Source: an uncultured Gemmatimonadales bacterium
GTDB taxonomy: Bacteria; Gemmatimonadota; Gemmatimonadetes; Gemmatimonadales; GWC2-71-9
Assembly: GCA_963695555.1 (NCBI GenBank)
Contig: CAVOGR010000004.1
Coordinates: forward strand, 1 to 64,000
DNA length: 64,000 nt
Direction: 5' to 3'
Shown piece after piece: positions 38,726 through 48,434 of this stretch. Numbering within the stretch: the first letter of the stretch is position 1; every line of letters starts with the position of its first letter. The notes under the pieces were generated by a model. The model did not search any database and had not been told where the DNA came from. It was given only the letters and a program-made list of their open reading frames with translations. A program made the translations under genes and the position numbers.

Positions 38726-40479
38726 GGGCCGTCGATGCGGATTCCGGCGCCGATCGGCAGGAGCGGCGGGATGGAGATCGGCAGCGTACCGGTGAGCGGA
38801 GAAGCGCCGGTGAGGGCTCGAGCCACGGCTTCCTCCGTGGCCGGACGGGCGACCCATCCCAACAGGAACGACTGCACGCTTGGCGCCTGATGGATGATGT
38901 AGGGCGAACCCAGCGAGATGAGCACGGTCGGGCGTGTGCGAGCGATGCTGTCGATCAAACCCGCTGCGGCGATTGGGAGGTCGATGCTCGCGGTCCAGGG
39001 CGTGGGCCGGACCGCGCTCAGGAAGACGGCGACGGCGCCGCGATCGATGACCGCCCGAGCCGAGTCGTAGCTGGCTGCGCCGCTCTGCGGCCAGAGGGCG
39101 AATCGCTCGGTCCGGTAGCCCGCACTTTGCAACTCGGCGGCGAGCGTCACGCCGACCCCAACGTTGCGCTCGTCCGCCATGGCAATAAGTGAAATCGCAA
39201 CGGGTCGCCTGCGAAGACCCGCAACCACACCGCCCTCGTCCCGCGCCAGAACCAAGGAGCGAGCCGTTATGTCACGGGCGACCTGCTGGAACGCCTCGGC
39301 TCCAACTATTCCGGGAATGCTGTCGAGCCGGACTGCACGCCGATCCAGCAGACCCAGCTGCACCTTGAGGGCGAGGATTCGTCGCACCGATGTCTCCAGT
39401 CGTGTGCGGCTGATACGACCGGCGGCGACCGCCTGCTCCATGGCCTCGACGGCAATGGCCGGGTCGGTCGGTTGCAACAGCACATCGGCCCCGGCGAGGA
39501 ACGCCAACACCACGGCCTCACCCGGGCCGTAGGTGGTGACCACACCGCCCATGGTCAACGCGTCGGTCACCGCCAGTCCGTGAAACGCCAACGAGTCCCG
39601 CAGCACGGCGGTGAGCAGGTTCGGCGATAACGTGGCCGGTCTCGCGTCGGTGCGTGCGGGGTTGAGCGCGGGGATCGCGATGTGGGCCGACATGACGGCT
39701 GTCACTCCCGCGTCAATGGCCGCGCGGAACGGGATGAGCTCCAGGCTATCGAGCCTGGACCAGCCCGCCGCGATGGTCGGGAGCGAGACGTGAGAATCCG
39801 TTTCAGTGTCGCCGTGTCCGGGGAAATGCTTGGCAGTCGCCGGCATGCCATGGTCTTGGAGTCCTCTGACGCTGGCCGCCGTGAGACGCGCGACTCGCTG
39901 GGGGTCTTCTCCGAACGACCGTACGTTGATGATGGGGTTGGCGGGATTGTTGTTGACGTCCGCGACGGGGGCGAGCGCAATGGTGACGCCGACGGCCCGG
40001 CCTTCGAGCGCGGTGACGCGGCCCACCTCGTAGGCGTCCGATTCACTTCCGGTGGCGGCCACACCCATATTGGGAGGGAAGGGTGTCCCGCCGAGGAGGC
40101 GGATGGCGGTCCCAGATTCGAAGTCGGCCGCGACGAGCAGCGGCAAGCGGGAGCGGGCCTGCAGATAGTTGAGCTTGGCGGCAACATCGAGCGGTGAACC
40201 GACCGAGATGATGATGCCGCCAAGCTCCAGCGAATCAATCCACCTGGCCGCCCGCGTGACGGCCTCATCGTCGAAGGCGGCATACGTTCCGGCAATCCAC
40301 GGCACGATCAGTTGCCCGATGCGCTGACGGGTCGACAAGGTGGCCAGGATGGAATCGGCCATTTGGGCCGACGACACCGCCGGAGCGGGTGCTGGGGATT
40401 GCGGGGTCTGGGTCGAAGCCTGGGTCATGGGGCCACAGGCCGCGAAGGTCGAGAGGATGGTGAGTCGGGTGAGACGCAA
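38722..40479 (-). CDS. nagZ: GH3 beta-N-acetylglucosaminidase, lipoprotein
   Basis: APVADVNNNPANPIINVRSFG, KHFPGHGDTETDSH, VMSAH, TDALTM; lipobox FAAC. TTG start inferred. Confidence 0.9.
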   Translation of the reverse strand: MRLTRLTILSTFAACGPMTQASTQTPQSPAPAPAVSSAQMADSILATLSTRQRIGQLIVPWIAGTYAAFDDEAVTRAARWIDSLELGGIIISVGSPLDVAAKLNYLQARSRLPLLVAADFESGTAIRLLGGTPFPPNMGVAATGSESDAYEVGRVTALEGRAVGVTIALAPVADVNNNPANPIINVRSFGEDPQRVARLTAASVRGLQDHGMPATAKHFPGHGDTETDSHVSLPTIAAGWSRLDSLELIPFRAAIDAGVTAVMSAHIAIPALNPARTDARPATLSPNLLTAVLRDSLAFHGLAVTDALTMGGVVTTYGPGEAVVLAFLAGADVLLQPTDPAIAVEAMEQAVAAGRISRTRLETSVRRILALKVQLGLLDRRAVRLDSIPGIVGAEAFQQVARDITARSLVLARDEGGVVAGLRRRPVAISLIAMADERNVGVGVTLAAELQSAGYRTERFALWPQSGAASYDSARAVIDRGAVAVFLSAVRPTPWTASIDLPIAAAGLIDSIARTRPTVLISLGSPYIIHQAPSVQSFLLGWVARPATEEAVARALTGASPLTGTLPISIPPLLPIGAGIRIDGP

Positions 40480-41718
40480 ATGATGCACGGGAAGCTCGCG
40501 CTCATGGGAATGGCGGTGGCGCTCTCCGCCTGCCAGTCCAGTCAGGGTGCTCAGCCGCCCCACACCCGTCCTGGAATCGATGTGCTCCTGACCGACAGCA
40601 TCCACCTCGTGCGCGGTCGGCGGATCGGGCTGGTCACGAATCAGGCCGGCGTCGACGCTGCTGGTGTTCCAAACGTGGAGCGGCTCCGCTCGGCCGGTCT
40701 CGATCTGGTGGCCCTGTTCAGTCCGGAACATGGCTTCCGTGGCGCCGCACCGCCCGGCGCCCGGGTCGACCACGGGGTCGATTCGGCAACTGGTCTTCCA
40801 ATCTATAGTTTATACGGTGTCGTGTCCTCTCCCACGGCCCAGATGCTGTCGTCGGTCGATGTGATGATCGTCGATCTGCAGGATGCCGGCGCCCGCTACT
40901 ACACCTATCTCGCGACAGCTGTCGAGGTCGCGCGGGCCGCCGGCCAGGCGGAGATTCCGGTTCTCGTCCTGGACCGCCCGAACCCGATCGGTGGGCGCAT
41001 GCAGGGCAATGTCCTCGATCCGGCCTACGCCTCCAACGTCGGACTCCTCCGGGCCCCCATGCGCCACGGCTTGACCCTCGGTGAGTTGGTGCGGTTGGCG
41101 CAGTCGGACCTGGGCCTCGAAGCGGATATCACGGTCGTGCCGGTCGACGGCTGGGATCGGTCGCACTATCTGGACGAGACCGGCTTGCCCTTCGTGAGAC
41201 CGAGCCCGAACCTGCCGACCGTCGAGTCTCTGATCCACTATCCCGGCCTCTGTCTTTTCGAAGGAACGGCGCTGTCCGTGGGACGCGGATCGGATGCCCC
41301 GTTCGAACAGATCGGTGCCCCTTGGCTCGATACGGCGGCGGTGCTCGCGGCAATCGGTGCGCCCGGGATACCAGGCGTCGCGATTCAGGCGGTCGGCTTC
41401 CGCCCAACCGAGCCAGGAGATGGCAAGTTCGCGGACACCGTCGTTCCGGGCCTACGGCTCCATGTCGTCGATCGCGCGGCATACGATCCTGTGGCGACCG
41501 CCGTGGAGTTGCTGGTTGCGATCGTCCGCCGCCACCCCGATGCCATCGGCTGGCGTGCGCCCCACTTCGATCGCCTGGCCGGTGGGCCTGGACTGCGTCG
41601 GGCGATCGTGGCCGGCGGTTCCGCCCGCGAGATCATGCGCGACTGGCCACCGGAGCTGGCCGTGTTTCGCGAGCGGGTCCGGCCCCTGGTGCTCTACCCC
41701 CTGCTACCGGGGCCCTGA
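40480..41718 (+). CDS. namZ: DUF1343 exo-beta-N-acetylmuramidase (NamZ/YbbC family), lipoprotein
   Basis: Lipobox LSAC; GLVTNQAG, LFSPEHG, YSLYG, DLQDAGARYYTY, VLDRPNP, PSPNLP, SVGRG. Confidence 0.9.
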   Translation: MMHGKLALMGMAVALSACQSSQGAQPPHTRPGIDVLLTDSIHLVRGRRIGLVTNQAGVDAAGVPNVERLRSAGLDLVALFSPEHGFRGAAPPGARVDHGVDSATGLPIYSLYGVVSSPTAQMLSSVDVMIVDLQDAGARYYTYLATAVEVARAAGQAEIPVLVLDRPNPIGGRMQGNVLDPAYASNVGLLRAPMRHGLTLGELVRLAQSDLGLEADITVVPVDGWDRSHYLDETGLPFVRPSPNLPTVESLIHYPGLCLFEGTALSVGRGSDAPFEQIGAPWLDTAAVLAAIGAPGIPGVAIQAVGFRPTEPGDGKFADTVVPGLRLHVVDRAAYDPVATAVELLVAIVRRHPDAIGWRAPHFDRLAGGPGLRRAIVAGGSAREIMRDWPPELAVFRERVRPLVLYPLLPGP

Positions 41719-41806
41719 TTGCCCCGCCGGTGCTCAGCAGTTATCCTACCGCGGCCTTGACCAGGGATTCTTGCGTGGCAGCTGAGCGGGCCGAGGGCAC
41801 CCACCG

Positions 41807-42493
41807 GTGAAGCTCGTGCCGCCCGGGATGGAGCGGTGGTTCTTTGGTGTCGTCCGGCCGCTGATCGACGCCCTGGTCCGCCGCGGTATCCGGCCCAATA
41901 CCTTGACCACCGTCGGGGTGGGCTTTGTGCTCGCGTCCGCCGTGGCCTTCGGATTCGGTGAGGTTCGCCTGGGTGGGCTGGTGCTGCTCCTGAGCGGGGT
42001 GGTGGACACGCTGGACGGTGCGGTGGCGCGTGCCACCAGCCAGGCTTCCAAGTTCGGGGCGTTTTACGACTCGACGCTCGACCGGGTGGGTGACGGCGCC
42101 ACGTTCATGGGGATCGGTGCTTTTCTGCTCACGGCTGACGACGTGGCATTCCGCGTGCCAGCCGTGCTCATGTGCATGGTAGCGATCCTGAGTTCCCTGG
42201 TGGTGTCGTACGCCCGCGCCCGGGCGGAGGGCCTGGGGCTCGAGTGCAAGGTCGGCATCGCGCAGAGGGCGGAACGGATCTTGGGTCTTGGGTTTACCTC
42301 GCTCATTGTGGGTGCAGGGCCCCGGGCCCTGGTCCTGGAAGCGATCGTTCTGATCCTGACGATCATGTCGATCATTACCGTGGTGCAGCGGTTCGTGTAC
42401 GTGTATCAGATCACCCAGACTTCGAACACTCCTGGCCGGGAGAGCACTCCGGCCGAGGCAGTCGACACTTTGGCGAAAGGACCCCCGCGGTGA
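41807..42493 (+). CDS. CDP-alcohol phosphatidyltransferase, phosphatidylinositol-phosphate synthase type
   Basis: PNTLT; DTLDGAVARATSQASKFGAFYDSTLDRVGD signature; SYARARAEGLG and RAER as in PgsA1/AIP synthases; coupled to ino1. Confidence 0.88.
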   Translation: MKLVPPGMERWFFGVVRPLIDALVRRGIRPNTLTTVGVGFVLASAVAFGFGEVRLGGLVLLLSGVVDTLDGAVARATSQASKFGAFYDSTLDRVGDGATFMGIGAFLLTADDVAFRVPAVLMCMVAILSSLVVSYARARAEGLGLECKVGIAQRAERILGLGFTSLIVGAGPRALVLEAIVLILTIMSIITVVQRFVYVYQITQTSNTPGRESTPAEAVDTLAKGPPR

Positions 42494-43819
42494 AAGGTCA
42501 TAGCACGCGGTCGATCGATCCGGCCCAGGGCAAGCTCGGGGTGATGTGTGTAGGTCTCGGCGCAGTCTCGACCACGTTCATCGCCGGCGTCGAGTTGATT
42601 CGCCGCGGCTTGGCGCAACCGGTGGGGTCGCTCACGCAGTTGGCGACCATCCGGCTCGGCAAGCGAACCGAGGGGCGGACGCCGCTGATCAAAGATTTCG
42701 TCCCGCTGGCAGGGCTCGACGACCTGGTGTTCACTGCCTGGGATCCCGTCCCGGATGACGGGTATAAGTCGGCGCTTCACTGCGGGGTCCTGGACAAGCA
42801 CGAGCATATCGAGCCCATCGCCGATTTCCTGAAGAGCATCAAGCCCCTACCGGCCGTGTTCGAGCAGGCCTACGTCAAGAACCTTCGCGGGACCAACGTC
42901 AAGGCCGGGGTGAACAAGCGGGAATTCGCGGAAGCGCTTCGCGAAGACATTCGCGCGTTCAAGGCCGAACACCGTTGCGACCGCTTGGTCATGGTCTGGT
43001 GCGCCTCCACGGAGATCTTCATTCCGCCGGGTCCCGTTCACAAGAACCTCGAGGCCTTCGAGCGCGCGATGAACGCAGAACGACCCGGCCATCGCGCCGT
43101 CGATGCTCTACGCCTATGCGGCCATCATGGAAGGGGTGCCGTTTGCCAACGGCGCGCCCAACCTGACGGTCGACACCCCGGCACTCCACGATCTGGCAAA
43201 GTCGCGGAACGTTGCGATCTGCGGGAAGGACTTCAAGACCGGGCAGACCATGATCAAGACCGTGCTCGCGCCCATGTTCAAGGCGAGGATGCTCGGCGTG
43301 GCAGGCTGGTATTCGACCAACATCCTGGGGAATCGGGACGGCGAGGTGCTGGACGATCCGGAAAGCTTCAAGACCAAGGAAGAGTCGAAGCTCGGCGTCC
43401 TGGACTTCATCCTCCAGCCGAAGCTGTACCCGTCCTTGTACGGCAACCTGTACCACAAGGTCAGGATCAACTACTACCCCCCGCGCGGCGATAATAAGGA
43501 AGGGTGGGACAACGTCGACATCTTCGGCTGGCTCGGCTATCCGATGCAGATCAAGGTCGATTTCCTGTGTCGCGATTCCATCCTGGCGGCTCCGCTCGTG
43601 CTCGACCTGGCGCTGTTCCTAGACCTGGCGCAGCGCTGCCACATGAACGGGGTCCAGGAGTGGCTGTCGTTCTACTTCAAGAGTCCACAGACCGCGCCGG
43701 GGCTCTACCCCGAGCACGATTTGTTTATCCAGTTGACCAAACTGAAGAACACGCTGCGCTATCTGATGGGCGAGGAACAGATTACGCATCTAGGTATCGA
43801 GTACTATCAGGAAGCATGA
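42490..43819 (+). CDS. ino1: myo-Inositol-1-phosphate synthase, one frameshift near 43080
   Basis: GLGAVSTT, VWCASTE; then PFANGAPN, GKDFKTGQT, WYSTNILGNRDG, YYPPRGDNKEGWD, CRDSILAAP. GTGA overlap with the upstream gene. Confidence 0.93.
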
Positions 43820-43830
43820 GAAGTGCGGGT

Positions 43831-43928
43831 TGTAGGAGGTAGGAGGTAGTGGGTAGGCCTCATGGGCAGGACCTCCGATCTCCTGCACGCCGCTCCCTAC
43901 TTCCTACCTCCTACACTCCTACTCCCTG
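43831..43928. repeat. Inverted array of GTAGGAG-like heptamers forming a long hairpin
   Basis: TGTAGGAGGTAGGA (43831-43844) is the reverse complement of TCCTACCTCCTACA (43902-43915); further degenerate units flank both arms. Confidence 0.7.
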
Positions 43929-43935
43929 ATCTCCC

Positions 43936-44226
43936 ATGAAATACTTCCACCGCACCAGCATCGCGCCGGACCAGGTCATTGAGCGGGCCGCCGCCTACTT
44001 CGGTGCCCGGTTGACCCCCACCGAGGAAACTGCTCGCCGTCGTCGCTTCAGCGGCACAATCGGGACTATCGGGGTATCGGTCCAGGCCGAGGGCGGGCAT
44101 TACACGTTGATCGTGATCGACACCGATCAACCGGGGGAGAGCGAATTGGACAAGTTCGCCAAGCGCTTTCTCACCATGGTCCACACCATGGCGGATCCCA
44201 CGCACGAGCCGCGCGGCGCCTACTGA
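43936..44226 (+). CDS. Small hypothetical protein (96 aa)
   Basis: Fills the intergenic gap; globular-looking sequence; GC3-rich codons. Confidence 0.7.
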   Translation: MKYFHRTSIAPDQVIERAAAYFGARLTPTEETARRRRFSGTIGTIGVSVQAEGGHYTLIVIDTDQPGESELDKFAKRFLTMVHTMADPTHEPRGAY

Positions 44227-44398
44227 GCCACGAGGCATACGCCCCGGCCGGGGCACGCCGGGAGCCGTCGCCCCGGGGAGCACTCGGCCCGAGGATGAGC
44301 CGTAGGCCGTTCTCGTGCAGTGGCTTAGCGTCTTGACTCTCCCGGGCCGCCGCCCGATCTTTCCGCGCCGTTTCGCCCTTGCCCCGAACAGGATTCAC

Positions 44399-45445
44399 AT
44401 GGTTTCTCGCAGTCCCACGGCGGCTCCGCCGGGCGTTCCCGCAGGGCTCACTCGCGATAACGTGCTCGAGCTCTACTACTTGATGCGGCTCACCCGGTCG
44501 CTCGAGGAGCGACTGGTGAACCTGTACCGGCAAACCAAGGTCGTCGGCGGGCTCTACCGATCACTGGGACAGGAAGCGGATGCGGTAGGAAGTGCCTATG
44601 CACTCGATCGCGAGCAGGGCGACATGCTCTCCCCCTTGACCAGGAACCTCGGCTCCATGCTGGTTCAAGGGGCGACACCGGTCGAGATCCTGCGGCAGTA
44701 CATGGCGAAGGGAACCAGTCCCACGCAGGGTCGCGAGCTCAACATCCACTACGGCGATCTCGACCGCGGCTTCATCGGACAGATCTCTCCCCTGGGGGAC
44801 ATGGTTCCGGTCATGGCGGGCGTCGCGCTCTCGTTCAAGATGCGGAAGGAACGTCGGGTGGCCTTGGTGTACGTGGGCGAGGGGGCCATGAGCACGGGCG
44901 CCTTCCACGAAGGAGTAAACCTGGCCGCGGTGCTGCGGCTTCCGATGGTGGTCATTGCGGAGAACAACGGCTATTCCTATACCACCCCCACCGCCAAGCA
45001 GTCGGCCGTAAAGCACCTCAAGGACAAGGCCATGGCCTACGGCATTCCGGGCGTCCAAGCCGACGGCAACGACGTCCTCGCCGTCTACCAGGTTACCAAA
45101 GCGGCGGTCGAGCGCGCGCGTGACGGCCACGGGGTGACACTGATCGAGCTCGTGACCTTCCGGCGCAAGGGCCACGCCGAGCACGACAATCAAGGGTACG
45201 TGCCTCGGGAACTGCTGGACTATTGGGAGAAACGGGATCCCATCGACCGCTACGTGCAGCAACTCACCGAAAATGGGTGGGCGTCCCGGGAAGAGCTGGA
45301 CGCGACGGATCGCCGCATTGCCGACGAACTGGACCAGGCGACGAGCTTCGTCGAAGACGAACCGGAGCCCGATCTGGCGACCGTGCTCGACCATGTCACC
45401 CTCAACCCGGCACACGCCGACGCACAATGGTTCGACGCGCCATGA
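44399..45445 (+). CDS. 2-oxoacid dehydrogenase E1 alpha (branched-chain/pyruvate type)
   Basis: GQEA, TPP motif GEGAMSTGAFHEGVN...ENN, DGNDV, RRKGHAEHD. Confidence 0.93.
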   Translation: MVSRSPTAAPPGVPAGLTRDNVLELYYLMRLTRSLEERLVNLYRQTKVVGGLYRSLGQEADAVGSAYALDREQGDMLSPLTRNLGSMLVQGATPVEILRQYMAKGTSPTQGRELNIHYGDLDRGFIGQISPLGDMVPVMAGVALSFKMRKERRVALVYVGEGAMSTGAFHEGVNLAAVLRLPMVVIAENNGYSYTTPTAKQSAVKHLKDKAMAYGIPGVQADGNDVLAVYQVTKAAVERARDGHGVTLIELVTFRRKGHAEHDNQGYVPRELLDYWEKRDPIDRYVQQLTENGWASREELDATDRRIADELDQATSFVEDEPEPDLATVLDHVTLNPAHADAQWFDAP

Positions 45446-45457
45446 GCCTCCGCACGC

Positions 45458-46438
45458 ATGGCTGAAGTCACCTATCTCGAGGCGTTGCGCCAGGGGCTCT
45501 GGGAGGAGATGGAGCGCGACGAGCACGTCTTCATGTTGGGCGAAGACATCGGTGCGTATGGTGGCGCCTTCAAAGTCACGGCCGGGTTCCTCGATCGCTT
45601 TGGTGAGGAGCGGGTCATCGATACCCCGATCTCGGAAGCGGCCATCGTGGGCGCGGCCGCGGGGGCCGCGCACATGGGCTTCCGGCCCGTGGCCGAAATG
45701 CAGTTCATCGACTTCATCGCGTGCGCGTACGACATGTTGACCAACTATGTGGCGACGGCCAGGTATCGCGCCGGCCTGTCGACGCCCATGGTTGTGCGGG
45801 GTCCATCCGGCGGATATGTCCGCGGCGGTCCATTCCACTCGCAGAATCCCGAGGCAGCGTTCCTGCACTCGCCCGGGCTCAAGATCGTGTGCCCTGCCAC
45901 GGCCCGGGATGCCAAGGGGTTGATCAAGAGCGCCATCCGTGACGATGATCCGGTACTCTACTTCGAGCACAAGTACCTCTACCGGCGCATCAAAGAGGAG
46001 CTGCCCGAGGGAGAGGAGATCTTGACCCCGATCGGCAAGGCGCGGCTGGCACGGGAGGGCACGGATCTTACCATCGTGACCTGGTCGGCCCTGGTCTGGA
46101 AGGCCCTCGAGGCTGCGGGCCGGCTCGAGCAGGAGGACGGCCTGTCGGTGGAAGTGCTCGACCTCCGGTCGCTCCTCCCAATGGATGACGAGGCCATCAT
46201 GGCCTCGGTTCGGAAGACCAACCGGGTCTTGGTGGCCCACGAGGATACGAGAACCGGGGGAGTCGCAGGTGAAATCACCGCGCGCATCAACGACCAGGCA
46301 TTCGAGTTCCTCGATGCCCCGGTCAAGCGGGTCGCCGCATACGACGTCCCGCTCCCGTACGCCCCAGTGCTCGAGGACTACGTGCTGCCACAGACCGCTG
46401 ACCTGGTGCGAGCCTCACGATGGCTAGCCGCTTACTAA
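45458..46438 (+). CDS. 2-oxoacid dehydrogenase E1 beta
   Basis: GEDIG, DTPISEAAIVG, EMQFIDF, GGPFHSQ, FEHKYLY, VLDLRSLLP. Confidence 0.95.
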   Translation: MAEVTYLEALRQGLWEEMERDEHVFMLGEDIGAYGGAFKVTAGFLDRFGEERVIDTPISEAAIVGAAAGAAHMGFRPVAEMQFIDFIACAYDMLTNYVATARYRAGLSTPMVVRGPSGGYVRGGPFHSQNPEAAFLHSPGLKIVCPATARDAKGLIKSAIRDDDPVLYFEHKYLYRRIKEELPEGEEILTPIGKARLAREGTDLTIVTWSALVWKALEAAGRLEQEDGLSVEVLDLRSLLPMDDEAIMASVRKTNRVLVAHEDTRTGGVAGEITARINDQAFEFLDAPVKRVAAYDVPLPYAPVLEDYVLPQTADLVRASRWLAAY

Positions 46439-46484
46439 GGGAAAACACGATTTCGCCGCGCCGCGACATGAATGGAGATTTGGA

Positions 46485-47834
46485 ATGGCCCGTATAGATG
46501 TCATCATGCCCCAGATGGGCGAGTCGATCGCCGAGGGCACGCTGTCGAAGTGGTTGAAACAGGTTGGCGACGCCGTCAAGCGTGATGAGCCCATCTTCGA
46601 AATCTCGACCGACAAGGTCGATGCGGAGATCCCGGCGCCCAATGCGGGAACGCTGGCCGAGATACTGGTACAGGAAGGACAGACGGTCGAAGTGAATACC
46701 GTGGTGGCCAGGATCGAGACCGAAGCCGGCGCGGCGGCCGCGGTGGCGGCCCCAGCCCCCGCCCCCGTTGCGCCGGTCGAGGCGCCCACACCTGCACCCG
46801 CGCCGGCCCCCGCGCCCGAACCAGTCGTCGCGGCACCCGCGGCCAAACCCGCACCACCGCCACCGCCGAGCCGGGGTGGAGGTGACGGCGCTGGAGAGAC
46901 TGCTGAGGACCGGCTGCGGCGCCGCTCAACACCGCTGGTGCGGAAGATGGCGGCGGAGCACAATCTGGACTTGGCGGCGATCACCGGAACGGGCATGGCG
47001 GGACGGGTTACCAAGCAGGACCTGCTCGACTTCCTCGAGCGCCGGCCCCGAGCGGCGCCCCCTCGGGCCGCTCCAGCCGTGGCTGCCGGCCCGAGGGTCG
47101 AAATTCGCGGGCCTCAGGTCGAGCCGTGGGAGGGTGATCGGGTCGAGCCGTGGTCTCGCATTCGCAAGCTGACCGCCGACCACATGATCATGTCACGACT
47201 GGTCTCCGCGCATGTGGCGAGCGTCTTCGAAGTGGACTACACCCGCGTGGCGCAGATTCGATCCAAGCTCAAGCGGGAGTACGCCGACCGCGGGGCCAAT
47301 TTGACGTTCTTGGCGTTCATCACCAAGGCGGTGGCCGACAATATCCGCAATCACCCGGTGGTCAACGCGGCCGTCACGGGCGAGTCCACGATCTTCCGGC
47401 GTGACGTCAACATCGGGATTGCGGTCGCGCTCGATTGGGGCCTCATCGTACCGGTCATCAAACACGCCGACGGTCTGTCTCTCATTGGGACCGCGCGGGC
47501 CATCAACGACCTTGGCGAGCGGGCCAGGACCAAGAAGCTGAATCCCGACGAGATACAACAGGGTACGTTCACCATCACCAATCCTGGTGTGTTCGGGTCG
47601 CTCACGGGCATTCCGATCATCAATCAACCGCAGGTGGCCATCCTGGCGGTTGGGTCCATTACGAAGCAGCCGGCGGTGGTGACCCTCCCGGACGGAACCG
47701 ATGCCATCGGCATCCGTGTGAAGGGCATGCTCTCGATGTCCTACGACCATCGGGTTGTCGATGGGGCGGATGCCGACAGGTTCCTGGCGGACGTCCGGAC
47801 AACGCTCGAGAACTTTCCCGAGGCCGCGACGTAA
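46485..47834 (+). CDS. Dihydrolipoamide acyltransferase E2
   Basis: Lipoyl domain ISTDKVDAE, Ala/Pro linker, E3-binding region GTGMAGRVTKQD, catalytic DHRVVDG. Confidence 0.95.
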   Translation: MARIDVIMPQMGESIAEGTLSKWLKQVGDAVKRDEPIFEISTDKVDAEIPAPNAGTLAEILVQEGQTVEVNTVVARIETEAGAAAAVAAPAPAPVAPVEAPTPAPAPAPAPEPVVAAPAAKPAPPPPPSRGGGDGAGETAEDRLRRRSTPLVRKMAAEHNLDLAAITGTGMAGRVTKQDLLDFLERRPRAAPPRAAPAVAAGPRVEIRGPQVEPWEGDRVEPWSRIRKLTADHMIMSRLVSAHVASVFEVDYTRVAQIRSKLKREYADRGANLTFLAFITKAVADNIRNHPVVNAAVTGESTIFRRDVNIGIAVALDWGLIVPVIKHADGLSLIGTARAINDLGERARTKKLNPDEIQQGTFTITNPGVFGSLTGIPIINQPQVAILAVGSITKQPAVVTLPDGTDAIGIRVKGMLSMSYDHRVVDGADADRFLADVRTTLENFPEAAT

Positions 47835-47835
47835 C

Positions 47836-48141
47836 ATGCCGCGGACCCTGAGGGTCGGCCGGGTGACGGTCAACACCGGGGACGAGGACGCCTACATTCA
47901 AACGGTGCACACCCTCGCTCGGCTCGCGCACGGTCGCGGCATCAACATCTGGTTGTTCCGGCATGGCCGTGAACCCGGGAGGTTCTTCGAGTTCGTGGAG
48001 GGGGCTCGGGAGGAGGTACTGAGCGAGCCCAGGTCCTCCGAGGAAGCCGAGTTGATCCACAAGCTGGAGGGCATTGCCACCTATGCGCCCGAATCGGCAG
48101 ACTGGTGGTACGAGGTGCCCGCGCCGGAGCCTTTTGATTAA
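47836..48141 (+). CDS. Small hypothetical protein (ABM/ferredoxin-like fold possible)
   Basis: ATG immediately after the E2 stop; WLFR...PGRFFEFVE pattern. Confidence 0.65.
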   Translation: MPRTLRVGRVTVNTGDEDAYIQTVHTLARLAHGRGINIWLFRHGREPGRFFEFVEGAREEVLSEPRSSEEAELIHKLEGIATYAPESADWWYEVPAPEPFD

Positions 48142-48167
48142 TCCAACCGTGAGTGGACACTGCACCC

Positions 48168-48434
48168 ATGCCGAGACGAGTCATCGAAATCAACGGAGAG
48201 AAGTGGGACGTCGCATCCAGTGGGCGCGTCACCCAATACACGCGGGATGAGTTCGGTCTGGTCTTCAGTCGTGGCACTGGCGAGAATCGGGAGCATCGGG
48301 TGATACGCTACTCTCCTAAGGGATCACGCCACTGGGACGTGTCCCTGAACGAGCTGGATGATCAGAAGCTGGCCGAACTCTTCGCCCGATCGCAGCCGTC
48401 GTGGACGGCACCGGAGACGGGGTACGCGCGCTGA
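48168..48434 (+). CDS. Small hypothetical protein
   Basis: Operon-like position; SGRVTQYTRDEFGLVF...SQPSWTAPETGY. Confidence 0.7.
   Translation: MPRRVIEINGEKWDVASSGRVTQYTRDEFGLVFSRGTGENREHRVIRYSPKGSRHWDVSLNELDDQKLAELFARSQPSWTAPETGYAR

Noticed and set aside
22092..43819. Programmed ribosomal frameshifting in the cerR-like gene, exbD or ino1
   Set aside because: No slippery heptamers at the breaks; many unrelated genes are affected, so sequencing error is simpler.
46725..46870. GC-rich low-complexity repeats, also at 33975-34020
   Set aside because: They encode the normal Ala/Pro linker of E2 and the poly-Gly tract of the TonB-like protein.
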